This document shows, piece after piece, positions 1 through 8,945 of a stretch of DNA of 27,153 bases. Position numbers and translations under genes: made by a program. The notes under the pieces were generated by a model, which had not been told where the DNA came from, did not search any database, and was given only the letters and a program-made list of their open reading frames with translations. Location of the stretch: IMG/VR virus record IMGVR_UViG_3300022562_001603, positions 1 through 27,153 of that record. One strand, 5' to 3'. Positions within the stretch are counted from its first letter, which is position 1. Every line of letters starts with the position of its first letter. Origin of the DNA: a virus. Its lineage: Duplodnaviria; Caudoviricetes.

Positions 1-48
1 CACCCCGTTTACCGCTCCCGCTGCTGTCTCGAACCTCGGACGGGGCAT
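1..48 (-). CDS. 5' end of next gene (partial, runs off window), probable virion/fibre-associated protein
   Basis: ATG at 48 directly follows the TAG of the 49..570 gene, with GAGGAG SD upstream. Reads MPRPRFETAAGAVNGV..., resembling the ETPxGxVNGxN motif of phage structural proteins. Not in the ORF track. Confidence 0.6.
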   Translation of the reverse strand, partial: MPRPRFETAAGAVNGV

Positions 49-570
49 CTACTCCTCTGTCCAAAGAAGTCCAACAGCGTTCCTACCCCCGTTCAATGTC
101 ACCTGATGTACTACCACGCCCTCGCCCTCGGCCAACATGATGGGCTTCGTATGTGTCTCTCCAAAACGCCAAACATACCCGCTAGCCGGAACCGTGTTGG
201 CTTGCAGACCGTGCTGAGAAACTATATCCGAGGCTACCCCTCCGGTAACTGTTGGCCCCGATCGGACCTCCGTGACAGCGTCTGCGTCAGTGGAATCTCG
301 CTTCTTTGGCGCGATTACCGAACCCCCTGTATGTGCTGTTATACTCCTGAGTTGGATATCCAGAATCGTGTCCGTTCCCAACGTAGACAGAGGGTAGTAT
401 TCCAATGTCCATATTTTTATCAGCCTGCCTGACCCGTTTGGATTCAAGAGGGATAGCATCGCCTTATCCGTACTCAAGGAGGGACCGGCCAACTGGGAAG
501 TGACGTAATAGGTCGCAACGCGCGCAGGGCAGATCGCAAGAGAACCGTCCGCATTCTTCAGAAAAGCCAT
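49..570 (-). CDS. Hypothetical virion protein (beta-rich, possible fibre/appendage domain)
   Basis: 173 aa; start overlaps the upstream stop at 570 (TAATG coupling); beta-strand-like pattern with LLNPNGSGRLIKI motif; lies in fibre gene block. Confidence 0.55.
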   Translation of the reverse strand: MAFLKNADGSLAICPARVATYYVTSQLAGPSLSTDKAMLSLLNPNGSGRLIKIWTLEYYPLSTLGTDTILDIQLRSITAHTGGSVIAPKKRDSTDADAVTEVRSGPTVTGGVASDIVSQHGLQANTVPASGYVWRFGETHTKPIMLAEGEGVVVHQVTLNGGRNAVGLLWTEE

Positions 571-2354
571 TAGATTGTATAACCTCGTAGATCGAAATCG
601 ATTTCTAGCGCCGCCGCGGATAGTCGTCTTCGCACAACAATCAGGCGTGTGTTGACCCCGTCCCCTACCATAACCGTGCCGTCACGAGTAGTATGAATAT
701 CCGGATAGATGATCTCTAAGGACTCCCCGGCCACGTAGAAACGGGAAATGAGATGATCTATAGGTCCCGCGGTCCGCCAGTATAATTCTATCACCGATCC
801 GTTTTCCGACGTGTCCCCCTCAGTACCGATTACTGCGGACTGTAGATAGACGTTTATGCCGTTACCGATGATCGCGCCGAGCGACGTGTGCGGGGAGGGG
901 ACGGCCCCACCAGATCCGACGTCCAAAAGCGCATCATTGACTGCGAAAGTAAGCACCGTAGCAACAGCGGGCGGCTGCGCAGGCTGCGAAGCCACACGAA
1001 GAATCCCAGTAGACTCCGTAGCCAACATGCGCGCGGCGTCATTGCTATCTTTTCCGAGAACAAGTACACCGTGCAATGCTGATACCGATACTTGCGCATC
1101 GGTAACAGGATCAATAATGTTAGTCCCGTCACCGACCTTCACTCGGCCTAGCCAGTTATCTCCTGCGGGGAGAGCGTCTGTGTGGATGATCTGAAGATCT
1201 CCACTGGCGTCTACCACCACATCGTTCGTCCCGTCCGTGATTCGAGTGAATTGCGCTTTGTTGGTCTGATTGTCCGCAGTAGCCCTTGTAGCCAACGTCG
1301 TCTCGGTGGCGAAGTCCTCCGCGTTGAAGTCGGAACGAAACCCCGTCAACGAAGCTTCGGTAGCACGCGTGGCGAGCGTTGTCTCTGTTGCAAAATCCTC
1401 TGCATTGAAGTCTGAGCGAAGACCTGTCAGAGTGGTCTCGGTAGCGCGTGTTGCGAGAGTCGTTTCCGTCGCAAAATCCTCTGCGTTGAAATCCGCGCGA
1501 AGACCAGATAGCGTGGCTTCAGTTGAACGAGTTGCAAGGGTGGTCTCGGTAGCAGCGTCTGGAGGAAGCGTCTGCGGACTCGTGTGAAGCGCTTCTACAT
1601 CGACTCCCACGGGATTGCTTGTGATATCCGCGGAGATGGAAGACCCTTTTACTCCAGATCGAATGATAGCCTTCTGCAACCCATTGGTCTGATTGGCAGA
1701 CGTCGCCAGCGTCGCCACTGTAACCTCTGTGGCCAACGTAGATACTGTCGCCTCCGTGGCTCGAGTCGAGAGTGGAACGTCGATATTCCCCTCGATACTC
1801 GATAGTGTCGTTTCTAGCGCTACTCCTGCTAAAGTAGCTTCTGTAGCGGCTCCAGCGGGAAGAACACTACTGGCAACATCTATAGCGCCAATGTTGTTCG
1901 TTCCGGCAGGGAGCGGATCTACGATCTGTTTGATTCCGTCCGTATCCTTTATCGCGGCCAGCGTAGCTTCGGTTGCTCGCGTAGACAGCGTGGTCTGGGT
2001 AGCAAAGTCCTTGCTATCCAGAGAAGCCAGAGTGACCTGCGTGGCGAAATCCTTCCCCTCCAGAGAAGCCAGCGTTGTTTGGGTGGCGAAATCTTTGCCC
2101 TCCAACGCTGCCAATGTGGTTTGTGTAGCGAAATCCTTTCCTTCCAAGGCAACCAGAGTCGTCTGGGTAGCAAAGTCCTTGGCTTCCAAAGAAGCCAATG
2201 TCTCCTGGGTCGCGGGATTGACCTGGCTTCCCCCCGCATCGAGAATCTTCCCTACTGTCTGGAGTCGATAGACACCGCCGTCGAGTACGATTGCCACCGG
2301 ACTACCATCGACGTCGTAGAGGACCGACCCTTGAAGAGATTTGGAAGCGCTCAT
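570..2354 (-). CDS. Repeat-rich tail fibre/appendage-like protein
   Basis: 594 aa with many AT(E/Q)xTL repeats (14-aa and 27-aa units) and a beta-rich C-terminal domain; ATGA overlap with upstream gene; downstream of baseplate genes. Confidence 0.65.
   Translation of the reverse strand: MSASKSLQGSVLYDVDGSPVAIVLDGGVYRLQTVGKILDAGGSQVNPATQETLASLEAKDFATQTTLVALEGKDFATQTTLAALEGKDFATQTTLASLEGKDFATQVTLASLDSKDFATQTTLSTRATEATLAAIKDTDGIKQIVDPLPAGTNNIGAIDVASSVLPAGAATEATLAGVALETTLSSIEGNIDVPLSTRATEATVSTLATEVTVATLATSANQTNGLQKAIIRSGVKGSSISADITSNPVGVDVEALHTSPQTLPPDAATETTLATRSTEATLSGLRADFNAEDFATETTLATRATETTLTGLRSDFNAEDFATETTLATRATEASLTGFRSDFNAEDFATETTLATRATADNQTNKAQFTRITDGTNDVVVDASGDLQIIHTDALPAGDNWLGRVKVGDGTNIIDPVTDAQVSVSALHGVLVLGKDSNDAARMLATESTGILRVASQPAQPPAVATVLTFAVNDALLDVGSGGAVPSPHTSLGAIIGNGINVYLQSAVIGTEGDTSENGSVIELYWRTAGPIDHLISRFYVAGESLEIIYPDIHTTRDGTVMVGDGVNTRLIVVRRRLSAAALEIDFDLRGYTI
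1284..1553 (-). repeat. Coding tandem repeat, 81-bp unit x3 plus partial (ATETTLATR-xTExxLxGxRxDFNAEDF)
   Basis: Visible in translation of 570..2354; copies differ mostly at synonymous positions. Confidence 0.9.
2004..2213 (-). repeat. Coding tandem repeat, 42-bp unit x5 (ATQxTLxxL(E/D)xKDF)
   Basis: ATQETLASLEAKDF/ATQTTLVALEGKDF/ATQTTLAALEGKDF/ATQTTLASLEGKDF/ATQVTLASLDSKDF in 570..2354. Confidence 0.9.
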
Positions 2355-2683
2355 CGAGTGATCTCCGTCCCAAACAAGGTGAAGGACACTCCTCCTAGAT
2401 TGGAGTACACCCGAACCTCATCAGCGGCAGCCAGCGTCATTCCGATAGTCGCGAAGATCGAGTCATTCTTCAACACGCGAACATCATAGTATATGTATTG
2501 CTTCGGGTCGTCGGGTTCACCGCCGACTGCTACAGACACACGGATTTCCCTGTTGGCCGCTGTCCTGTTCGCAACGACGATCGTCGAAGTAACGACCGAG
2601 GTAATGCCTGGGACCGTGTACAACGTCGTAAGCGTCGCTGCTGATGGGTCGGCCTGCCCCAATACTTTGATCGTCTCTGGCAA
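2351..2683 (-). CDS. Small phage structural protein (KVLGQxxP...LYTVP type)
   Basis: 110 aa, TTG start with GGAGG SD; KVLGQADPSAATLTTLYTVP...FTLFGTEIT pattern resembles small beta-sandwich proteins found next to fibre genes. Confidence 0.7.
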   Translation of the reverse strand: MPETIKVLGQADPSAATLTTLYTVPGITSVVTSTIVVANRTAANREIRVSVAVGGEPDDPKQYIYYDVRVLKNDSIFATIGMTLAAADEVRVYSNLGGVSFTLFGTEITR

Positions 2684-2684
2684 T

Positions 2685-3869
2685 CTAACCTCCCATCAGT
2701 AAGAAATGGCGCGCGTATCCCTGGTCTCCTCTGGTTGCCGATTCCAATACCCCTCCCAGGAAATCCTGTTCTTCGAAGTCTTCTAGGGCCTTGCGCTCGG
2801 TGAAACATAGATTCACCGGAACACCTCCGAGGTCAGAGCCGTTGATCGTCTCCAACCCACCCCCCGTCGAATCGAGGCGAACATAAGTAACTTGAACCCG
2901 GGCAGGAGATGTGCCCGTAATCGTACTCCCGTCCGTTAGACCAGATTCGCCTTGGAGGAGGCCGTGGATCGTACGCCCATCCGAAAACAGGTGGTCGCGC
3001 GTGTCCCCATGAACGATATCTACAAGGTTCTTGGGGGAGAGGGCGGATATACCAGGAACCGTATCGAGTACAGCACTACCGAAAACCCCAGAGTGCGCGG
3101 CCACGACCGTTCCATTGGTTGTAACCGACCCTACAGCAGCCGTCGTGTTGGAAGGAAGTTCTCCGACCCCCAGAACCGATACATCCCCTCCCAACCCCCC
3201 GGAGAGCGTTCCGCCTCCCCATGAGCCCCCGGATAGTGTTTCAGTCGTATCGATGGTGTTCCCAAACGTTCCGGCTTTCAACGCTGTGACGCCCATCGTA
3301 GACCCTAGGCCCATCTCTGCAAACACGTCCTGATTAGCAGATGTCGAGGCGGCGTAAGCGGTTCCTGCGCCGACCGACAGGTTGATCGCCGCAACCAGAT
3401 TTCTCAGGGAGTCGGCCGGAGTGGCACCGATCGAAACGCTTCCATCTACATCGACAAGAACCGATTTAAACGTATAGGTCTTCGTTCCGATGACGACTGT
3501 CTCGGCGTCGTTGGCGTTTCCAACAAGTGTAAGAATACCAGTGGCCGGAGCCGCGAGATCGACAACGATGTCTACCAGGCTGCACGCCGAGACCAGGACA
3601 CGTTTTCGTTCCAAAGCATGGAGGTCGGTATTCAGATCATTGACGCCTCGCTGTTCCCCTGTGTCCAACACCGAGGGAACATTGAGGTCGTCCCACCAGT
3701 TCCCCGCTCGATTGTGTAGCAGGGTATTCAACTGAGATCGTACATTGTTCAGGTCGTCTTCGATATGAGAAGGATCGACCTCGAACGCCGTCTCGGAAGG
3801 AGCCGTGGTGTCGGTATACGTTACCGACGGTCGGACCTGGATATCCTGTCGAACAAAAGTACGGCTCAT
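2685..3869 (-). CDS. Putative tail/fibre-associated structural protein
   Basis: 394 aa, Gly/Thr-rich; internal module ATGILTLVGN...VVIGTKTYTF...IGAT...LRNLVAAIN typical of phage structural insertion domains; ends RHFLLMGG. Confidence 0.6.
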   Translation of the reverse strand: MSRTFVRQDIQVRPSVTYTDTTAPSETAFEVDPSHIEDDLNNVRSQLNTLLHNRAGNWWDDLNVPSVLDTGEQRGVNDLNTDLHALERKRVLVSACSLVDIVVDLAAPATGILTLVGNANDAETVVIGTKTYTFKSVLVDVDGSVSIGATPADSLRNLVAAINLSVGAGTAYAASTSANQDVFAEMGLGSTMGVTALKAGTFGNTIDTTETLSGGSWGGGTLSGGLGGDVSVLGVGELPSNTTAAVGSVTTNGTVVAAHSGVFGSAVLDTVPGISALSPKNLVDIVHGDTRDHLFSDGRTIHGLLQGESGLTDGSTITGTSPARVQVTYVRLDSTGGGLETINGSDLGGVPVNLCFTERKALEDFEEQDFLGGVLESATRGDQGYARHFLLMGG

Positions 3870-3907
3870 GTAGCCGTAGTCTACCCGAGAATCTGCCCGC
3901 TCTTCAA
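3870..3907 (-). promoter_or_regulatory. Putative sigma70-type promoter giving a (near-)leaderless mRNA
   Basis: TTGAAG (3907-3902), 18-nt spacer, TAGACT (3883-3878), 8 nt to ATG at 3869; no SD. Confidence 0.45.
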
Positions 3908-3913
3908 GGCAAG

Positions 3914-5089
3914 TCAGTGAGAGAGGGCTTCCAATTCATCGAGGCGCGTCTGTGGGGGTTCCAAACCACTCACGATGGTGAAAACCTCTAGTCCCGGCTT
4001 CGACCCTTCGTAGATTCCGGAGTGCAGCGTGATGCCATCATTCCCCAGCGCCCGGCCAAGAGAATGGAAGGCGTAATCAACGTACTCCATAGGAATCTCT
4101 TTGAATACATCATCATGTGCTACTACAACAAGTCCGGCCGTATTGGCCTTGGAGAGATCGAACCCATCCGCAAGAAGAGAACCTTTCAGGTTCTTGCGAA
4201 CCGCCAGGGAGATGTCCTCTCTTCCCCTCCATTTCGGAACTCGTGTTCTCCCGAAAATCATGAGCCCGTTCTTTATGACGCCTTTGTAGTCGGATCGGTC
4301 GAACGTGTTGTAAGGGGAATCCTGAGCCGCCAGGAGATTGAAGGTGTGAAATGTGCCGGTGAACGTGTCATTCGCCACCTTCCAAAACAACTTCACGGGC
4401 AGGCCCGGATACAGTTCGTGGATCTTGGAGTTGTCCACCAAAACGAGGGAGCTGATCTGGTTCTTCCTGAGCTTGTCGAGCGCCAGGTTGACCGCCGCCA
4501 GGGCGTTCCGCTGCACGCGTGCACCCTCGGATCGCTTTGGTAGCGTCATGATGACGCCTACGCTCTTGTAGAAGGGTTTCTCGATATTCGTGGACTTGGC
4601 GTGTTCACGCATGGCATCGAGAATCACAGGCCACGCCCCTGTCCCCGAACCTCCGCCGCTGCCAACACAAACATAGAGATACTCGGCCCCTTCCCCCCAA
4701 GCCCGCATGAAGAGATCCATGATCTCCTCGTAGCTCTCCTTGGCAGCCAGTTCCCCCTGCGCCGGGTCTTTTCCAGCCCCTCCTCGATTGTTGCCAATGA
4801 CGAGTTTCCGGTCTTCTCCCAGGACAAGACTTTTCAGATCTTGTTCTGTCGTGTTGACCGCGCACACACGCCGATAGCCGAAGTTGTAGAACGACTCGGC
4901 TATCCTCCCTCCTCCCTGGCCGACTCCGACGAAGGCCATCTTCACAGCCGAAGTAAACGTGTCCTTGTTTGGGTCCACTCGTGGACGGGCGTAGGAGGCG
5001 TAGGAGGTCTCGGGTATGTCTACAGTGGGCGCCGGGTCCACACCTATCACATCGTACAGAGGATCTGGAATTTCGGGAAGTTCGCTCAT
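3914..5089 (-). CDS. Tubulin/FtsZ-family GTPase (phage tubulin-like; not canonical FtsZ)
   Basis: GVGQGGGRIA (T1), AVNTTEQDL, GGAGKDPAQG (T3), GSGGGSGTGA (T4 signature), LVDN, FDRSDY (T7-like acidic pair). Start placed at ATG 5089 (MSELPEIP, 391 aa) rather than 5140, which overlaps baseplate J. Confidence 0.92.
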   Translation of the reverse strand: MSELPEIPDPLYDVIGVDPAPTVDIPETSYASYARPRVDPNKDTFTSAVKMAFVGVGQGGGRIAESFYNFGYRRVCAVNTTEQDLKSLVLGEDRKLVIGNNRGGAGKDPAQGELAAKESYEEIMDLFMRAWGEGAEYLYVCVGSGGGSGTGAWPVILDAMREHAKSTNIEKPFYKSVGVIMTLPKRSEGARVQRNALAAVNLALDKLRKNQISSLVLVDNSKIHELYPGLPVKLFWKVANDTFTGTFHTFNLLAAQDSPYNTFDRSDYKGVIKNGLMIFGRTRVPKWRGREDISLAVRKNLKGSLLADGFDLSKANTAGLVVVAHDDVFKEIPMEYVDYAFHSLGRALGNDGITLHSGIYEGSKPGLEVFTIVSGLEPPQTRLDELEALSH

Positions 5090-5126
5090 GGCCGGCATTC
5101 TACCTCGGTTACGAGGTACTTGCCAC
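5090..5126 (-). promoter_or_regulatory. Putative leaderless promoter of tubulin gene with overlapping inverted repeat
   Basis: GTGGCA (5126-5121), 18-nt spacer, TAGAAT (5102-5097), 7 nt to ATG 5089; perfect 7-bp inverted repeat TACCTCG-N4-CGAGGTA at 5101..5118. Confidence 0.45.
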
Positions 5127-7304
5127 CGATTCGGTGACAATCGTGATGGTTCCCTTCGTAATCACTTCGCTGGCATCGATCACGAGATTCCCGTCCGGAT
5201 CCACACGATCTGGATTGGTAAGACTAGTAATCGGGTCGATGTGGCCGATAATGTCAACGTTGACAAAGGACACTCCTCCGATCAGGAGAACTACATCGAT
5301 CAAGTCAGATACGTACAATCCTACGCCGAATCTACGATCTCGAAGAATTCCATCGACAGCCGTCTCGACCTCCGAGGCTGTTACAGATTCGGAGTACCCT
5401 GTTCGGACACCTACCCTGAAATCGATGATCGCTGGGATGAGGAAGTCTTCCCCTGATACTACTTCCACGACATGCGTCACCTCTTTGCGAGCATCCAGGA
5501 AATCCTGGACCGCGGCAATCAACGCGATCGATGGAGCCGTGTAGAAACCTCCAGCGTTCCTGGCCAGGATGGGAACCGTCACGAGGTTCGCCTTGCAGTC
5601 TGCGGCCAGGATGCGATCTACGTGGGTCTCGATCGCGAGGAGATAAGTCTCTACATCTGTCGCTTGGTCCGTAACAACGATATCAATGGTCTGGAGTTGG
5701 AGCCATATTCCAGACGGTGCCCCGCTATCCCCGACAGCCGACACGATGGAAGCTCGAGAATTCTCCGCCAGGTACATGTAGGTTCCAGGAGTCACGACAT
5801 CCAGTCCGATGTCCGCCGCTGCATCCTTTGCCGTACCCATCGAAGCCACTTCAGAATCCACGCTGGTCGCGATGCTACTAGAGCTACCACTGATGTTCGT
5901 TGCTTCTACCTGTACTCGATCCCAATGCGCTTTGAGCGCATCCTTGTCCCCGGAAGTGAGCTGACTCGGGCCTCCGGTAGATATGGCGTCGATGGCAGCC
6001 TTCCCATCTGAAACAAACGTGGACATAACCGACGAGCTGGCGGTGATTTCCGATGCCAGATTCTTTACTGCGCGGGCGCTCGTGATGGCTGTATCCAACT
6101 CGGTATCGATATCCGAAGCCAGTGAAGCCGTCGAGGACAGATACGTCTGGATATCGGTGAGAGAAGCTAGGATTCCGGTGAGGGCGGTAGATATGAGAGC
6201 CAAGGCAGCGTCGGTAGTGGGTTCGGTAGGCAGGATCACTCCTCGCACGTCATCCAACAGGGATTGGAGGGCCAGGTCGGATGTCGCAGATCGACTGGAA
6301 AAAGCCTGCGCTACAGCCACACGACCAAACAAAGGGTCCGCGAAGGATCCGGCCAACGCCTCGTAATCGGAGCGCGTGACCGCCACGAACCGCGACTTGA
6401 ATACATCCCCGGCGAAGATCTTGGCGTGCGTCAAATCTTCAGGGCCGTCCCCTCCACTAGATCCTCGCGGGTTGTTGATGGATAGGTTCACCGTCTGGAA
6501 GTTGACCACCAGCGGAGTGACTACATCCGTAATGGTTCCGGCGTTCACGAGTCCTTCTTTGCCTCGCCCCGCGACATAGGAGATATCGATGCTCACGCCT
6601 GCCAACGGAATGTTACCCGCCACACCATCACCAAACCTAACAGCCGGGGGGTCGTCATTGTAGAGCACCTCGAACTGGTCGGTAACATCGAACGTGAGGA
6701 ATTCGCTCTCCTCCCAAGGAGACCCATCCACCAGTACCACGACAGAACCTGCTATTACGTACGCAGCATCTGGAACGCGTTGGAGTCGGAAAGATTGGCT
6801 CACCGTTCCATCTGAAACGAAGGACTCGGTGAATGTGACTCCCTGATAGCAAGGGACCCTTTTCACAACCCCGTTGTTCTGTTCCGTCGGGGTCCAAGTC
6901 ACCTCTTGTGCAGCTTCGAATACAAGATCGTTCGGGCCTTGAAACTGGAAACCTGTAGGGATGGTTACGCCTACGGTAAGAGGATTCACGATGGAGACAT
7001 CGAGATCCACCGAAGCAGAAACGGCGGCGCGCATCTTATACCCGAGCTGTCGAGTGATTCGCGACACGGATTTGCGCGTGCGAGCTGTTTCCAGATACAG
7101 GTCGGTCGTACGTCGATCGAGGTAGAAACTCAACGAATCGAGACCGAAGGCGATCACGTCGATTAGCATGATCCCCAGCGAGGACAGAGCAAAATCGTTG
7201 AAGTCCTCGGCAAACTTGATCTGCATCCTCGACTGGAGATCGTCGAAGTGCGAGTCGAAATCCAGACCTGAGAACTTGGCCCTGTTTAGTTCGGCTACAC
7301 CCAT
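5109..7304 (-). CDS. Baseplate wedge protein, J/gp6-like
   Basis: LDFDS...DFNDF..SSLGIMLID..A...D.LSFYLD...YLETARTRKSV..I...LGYK N-terminus; VRFGDGVAGNIP; GG.GPE...AVTRSDYE; follows gp25. Confidence 0.92.
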   Translation of the reverse strand: MGVAELNRAKFSGLDFDSHFDDLQSRMQIKFAEDFNDFALSSLGIMLIDVIAFGLDSLSFYLDRRTTDLYLETARTRKSVSRITRQLGYKMRAAVSASVDLDVSIVNPLTVGVTIPTGFQFQGPNDLVFEAAQEVTWTPTEQNNGVVKRVPCYQGVTFTESFVSDGTVSQSFRLQRVPDAAYVIAGSVVVLVDGSPWEESEFLTFDVTDQFEVLYNDDPPAVRFGDGVAGNIPLAGVSIDISYVAGRGKEGLVNAGTITDVVTPLVVNFQTVNLSINNPRGSSGGDGPEDLTHAKIFAGDVFKSRFVAVTRSDYEALAGSFADPLFGRVAVAQAFSSRSATSDLALQSLLDDVRGVILPTEPTTDAALALISTALTGILASLTDIQTYLSSTASLASDIDTELDTAITSARAVKNLASEITASSSVMSTFVSDGKAAIDAISTGGPSQLTSGDKDALKAHWDRVQVEATNISGSSSSIATSVDSEVASMGTAKDAAADIGLDVVTPGTYMYLAENSRASIVSAVGDSGAPSGIWLQLQTIDIVVTDQATDVETYLLAIETHVDRILAADCKANLVTVPILARNAGGFYTAPSIALIAAVQDFLDARKEVTHVVEVVSGEDFLIPAIIDFRVGVRTGYSESVTASEVETAVDGILRDRRFGVGLYVSDLIDVVLLIGGVSFVNVDIIGHIDPITSLTNPDRVDPDGNLVIDASEVITKGTITIVTESVASTS

Positions 7305-7305
7305 A

Positions 7306-7683
7306 CTATCCGTTCGTGTTGGTCGCCAGCGGAACCGCGACCGAATCTTGCTGACCCGTTAGTGAGACAATGTAGTTGATTGTCACGATCGCCTCGGAAC
7401 CATCTCGTTCGACCGCTATACCCCGTACGATGACACGCGGCTCGAACTTGGCAATGGATGCCGATAGTTCGTCTCGCATGAGTTCGGCCAACAGCACGTT
7501 GTTATTCTCGAAGATGAAGGAGTACGCAGCCGATCCAAAATCGGGACGCATCACCCTCTCCCCACGAGCAGTCGTTACGATCTGGATCAAGGACTGCTTG
7601 ATCAACTCCTCGTCGGTGACTTCCGCGGGAAATGTCGTCGAGTTCTTCCCGAAAGGAAAGGCTATGCCGCGATAGGTCGCCAC
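7306..7683 (-). CDS. Baseplate wedge/sheath initiator, gp25/GPW family
   Basis: GIAFPF...IKQSLIQIVTTARGERVMRPDFGS...FEPRV hallmark motifs. Confidence 0.95.
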   Translation of the reverse strand: MATYRGIAFPFGKNSTTFPAEVTDEELIKQSLIQIVTTARGERVMRPDFGSAAYSFIFENNNVLLAELMRDELSASIAKFEPRVIVRGIAVERDGSEAIVTINYIVSLTGQQDSVAVPLATNTNG

Positions 7684-7689
7684 GGTTCT

Positions 7690-8160
7690 CTATAATATCG
7701 GCACCGGAGGAACAGGACCAGGGGGTTGGACAAATACCAAGCGGGTCGCCACATCGAAACAGTTTGCCAGCTTGGCGGCGGCTACACCTGAAGGCACCTT
7801 GGGGTTCGTAAACGAGGAACCGAGACAAGACCCAAGAACCGAAGATCCTGCCCACGAAACCACGACCCCCACCCCAAACACGACTGGAGGGGTGAGCCAA
7901 AAAGTCGTGATCCCTCCGATCATGCTTTGTGACGCGGCCGCAGCACCACCTCTAGGATTGAACCCACTCGCGAGTACATTCGCCATGCGCATCATCTCGG
8001 TACCCGTAAGAACTGCCGGGCCAGCGCCTATCGCCGTTGCCGATCGGGCGTAGTCGGCATAGATCTTTGCCATCTTGTTGGCGGCTTCTCGCGGAGATTT
8101 TGGGGGGTTCCGGATGATATCCAGGAACCCGTTCTGCAAGATGATACGGTTCAGGGGCAC
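7690..8160 (-). CDS. Hypothetical helical protein between spike and gp25
   Basis: Likely GTG start at 8160 (TAGTG overlap with spike stop), MPLNRIILQNGFL..., 156 aa; the ORF-track start at 8232 overlaps the spike gene. Confidence 0.6.
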   Translation of the reverse strand: MPLNRIILQNGFLDIIRNPPKSPREAANKMAKIYADYARSATAIGAGPAVLTGTEMMRMANVLASGFNPRGGAAAASQSMIGGITTFWLTPPVVFGVGVVVSWAGSSVLGSCLGSSFTNPKVPSGVAAAKLANCFDVATRLVFVQPPGPVPPVPIL

Positions 8161-8945
8161 TACACCACCTTCACTCGCGTAGAGAGCACCGTGGAAGGGG
8201 CCGGAACGAGAGGAGGCGAAGACGGACCCCACGCTGTCCCGTGCGTGTGACCATCGCTATAACGGATGAAATCATCTCCTCGTATCACTCTTTGCCCTTC
8301 TCCTGCTATTTCGATCTGCGACGCATCGAGCCGGATGACACCATCCTGGATTTCGATCTTTTGATCCTCCTTGAAGACTAGCGTAACGCCTCCATCCTCG
8401 AACACCAGCTTCGCTGTTTCTCCTGTACGACTCGGAGTAACCGAGCGATCGTCCGGCGCAGATGCCGGCTTGTGCCATGTTATCTCCAACGACTGCTCCC
8501 CGTCCGTGTCGTCGAATACGATCCTATGCCCGCCTCGTGTAATGAACCCCCTCCGCTCAGGAATCCTGTTCTCTAGTCCTACATCGTTGGTGGCGAACTC
8601 GGACGGTACGTCCGCTGTTCCGTACCACCCTCCGATATACAGTGTCGGCTTTGACGGGTCTCCCTGTTCGAAGAAGACACGAACGCTGTCCCCAACTTCG
8701 GGCGGCCAGAAGACACCGCGATTCGGTCCAGCTGGAAAAGCGGGGTCGATCCAGACATTCATGGCAGTCACCTGCCCTACTTTCGGTACAACCGCTTGCA
8801 CGCGTCCCCTGTTCTGAGGGTCGTCGTTCCGTACTACCTTCCCTCGATAACACCCATAGTATTTGTTGAAATACTCCAATCCGTACAACACGAGATTTTC
8901 GAAGAACCTGGCGAAACTACTGGTATTCGTTGGATCTAGCGCCAT
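8160..8945 (-). CDS. Baseplate central spike, gpV/gp5 OB-fold type
   Basis: YYGCYRGKVVRNDDPQNRGRVQ..VP; PPEVGDSVRVFFEQGDPSKP.YIG; TRGGHRIVFDD beta-helix start; C-terminal HTH (HxH) metal-binding tip motif. Confidence 0.93.
   Translation of the reverse strand: MALDPTNTSSFARFFENLVLYGLEYFNKYYGCYRGKVVRNDDPQNRGRVQAVVPKVGQVTAMNVWIDPAFPAGPNRGVFWPPEVGDSVRVFFEQGDPSKPTLYIGGWYGTADVPSEFATNDVGLENRIPERRGFITRGGHRIVFDDTDGEQSLEITWHKPASAPDDRSVTPSRTGETAKLVFEDGGVTLVFKEDQKIEIQDGVIRLDASQIEIAGEGQRVIRGDDFIRYSDGHTHGTAWGPSSPPLVPAPSTVLSTRVKVV

Noticed and set aside
1284-2213. Possible CRISPR array or DGR template/variable repeats
   Set aside because: Repeats are in-frame coding units without unique spacers; differences are synonymous rather than adenine-specific; no RT or cas gene seen.
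856-2271. Long plus-strand ORFs with repeats (VVSVAKSSALKS etc.)
   Set aside because: Antisense shadows of the repeat-rich minus-strand gene; no independent start signals.
2685-2700. C-terminal GG as ubiquitin-like conjugation signal
   Set aside because: No beta-grasp domain or E1/E2/JAB genes recognised; the GG codons double as the SD of the next gene.
3914-5089. Calling the GTPase ftsZ or phuZ
   Set aside because: No dcw context or FtsZ C-terminal peptide; subfamily cannot be assigned without phylogeny.
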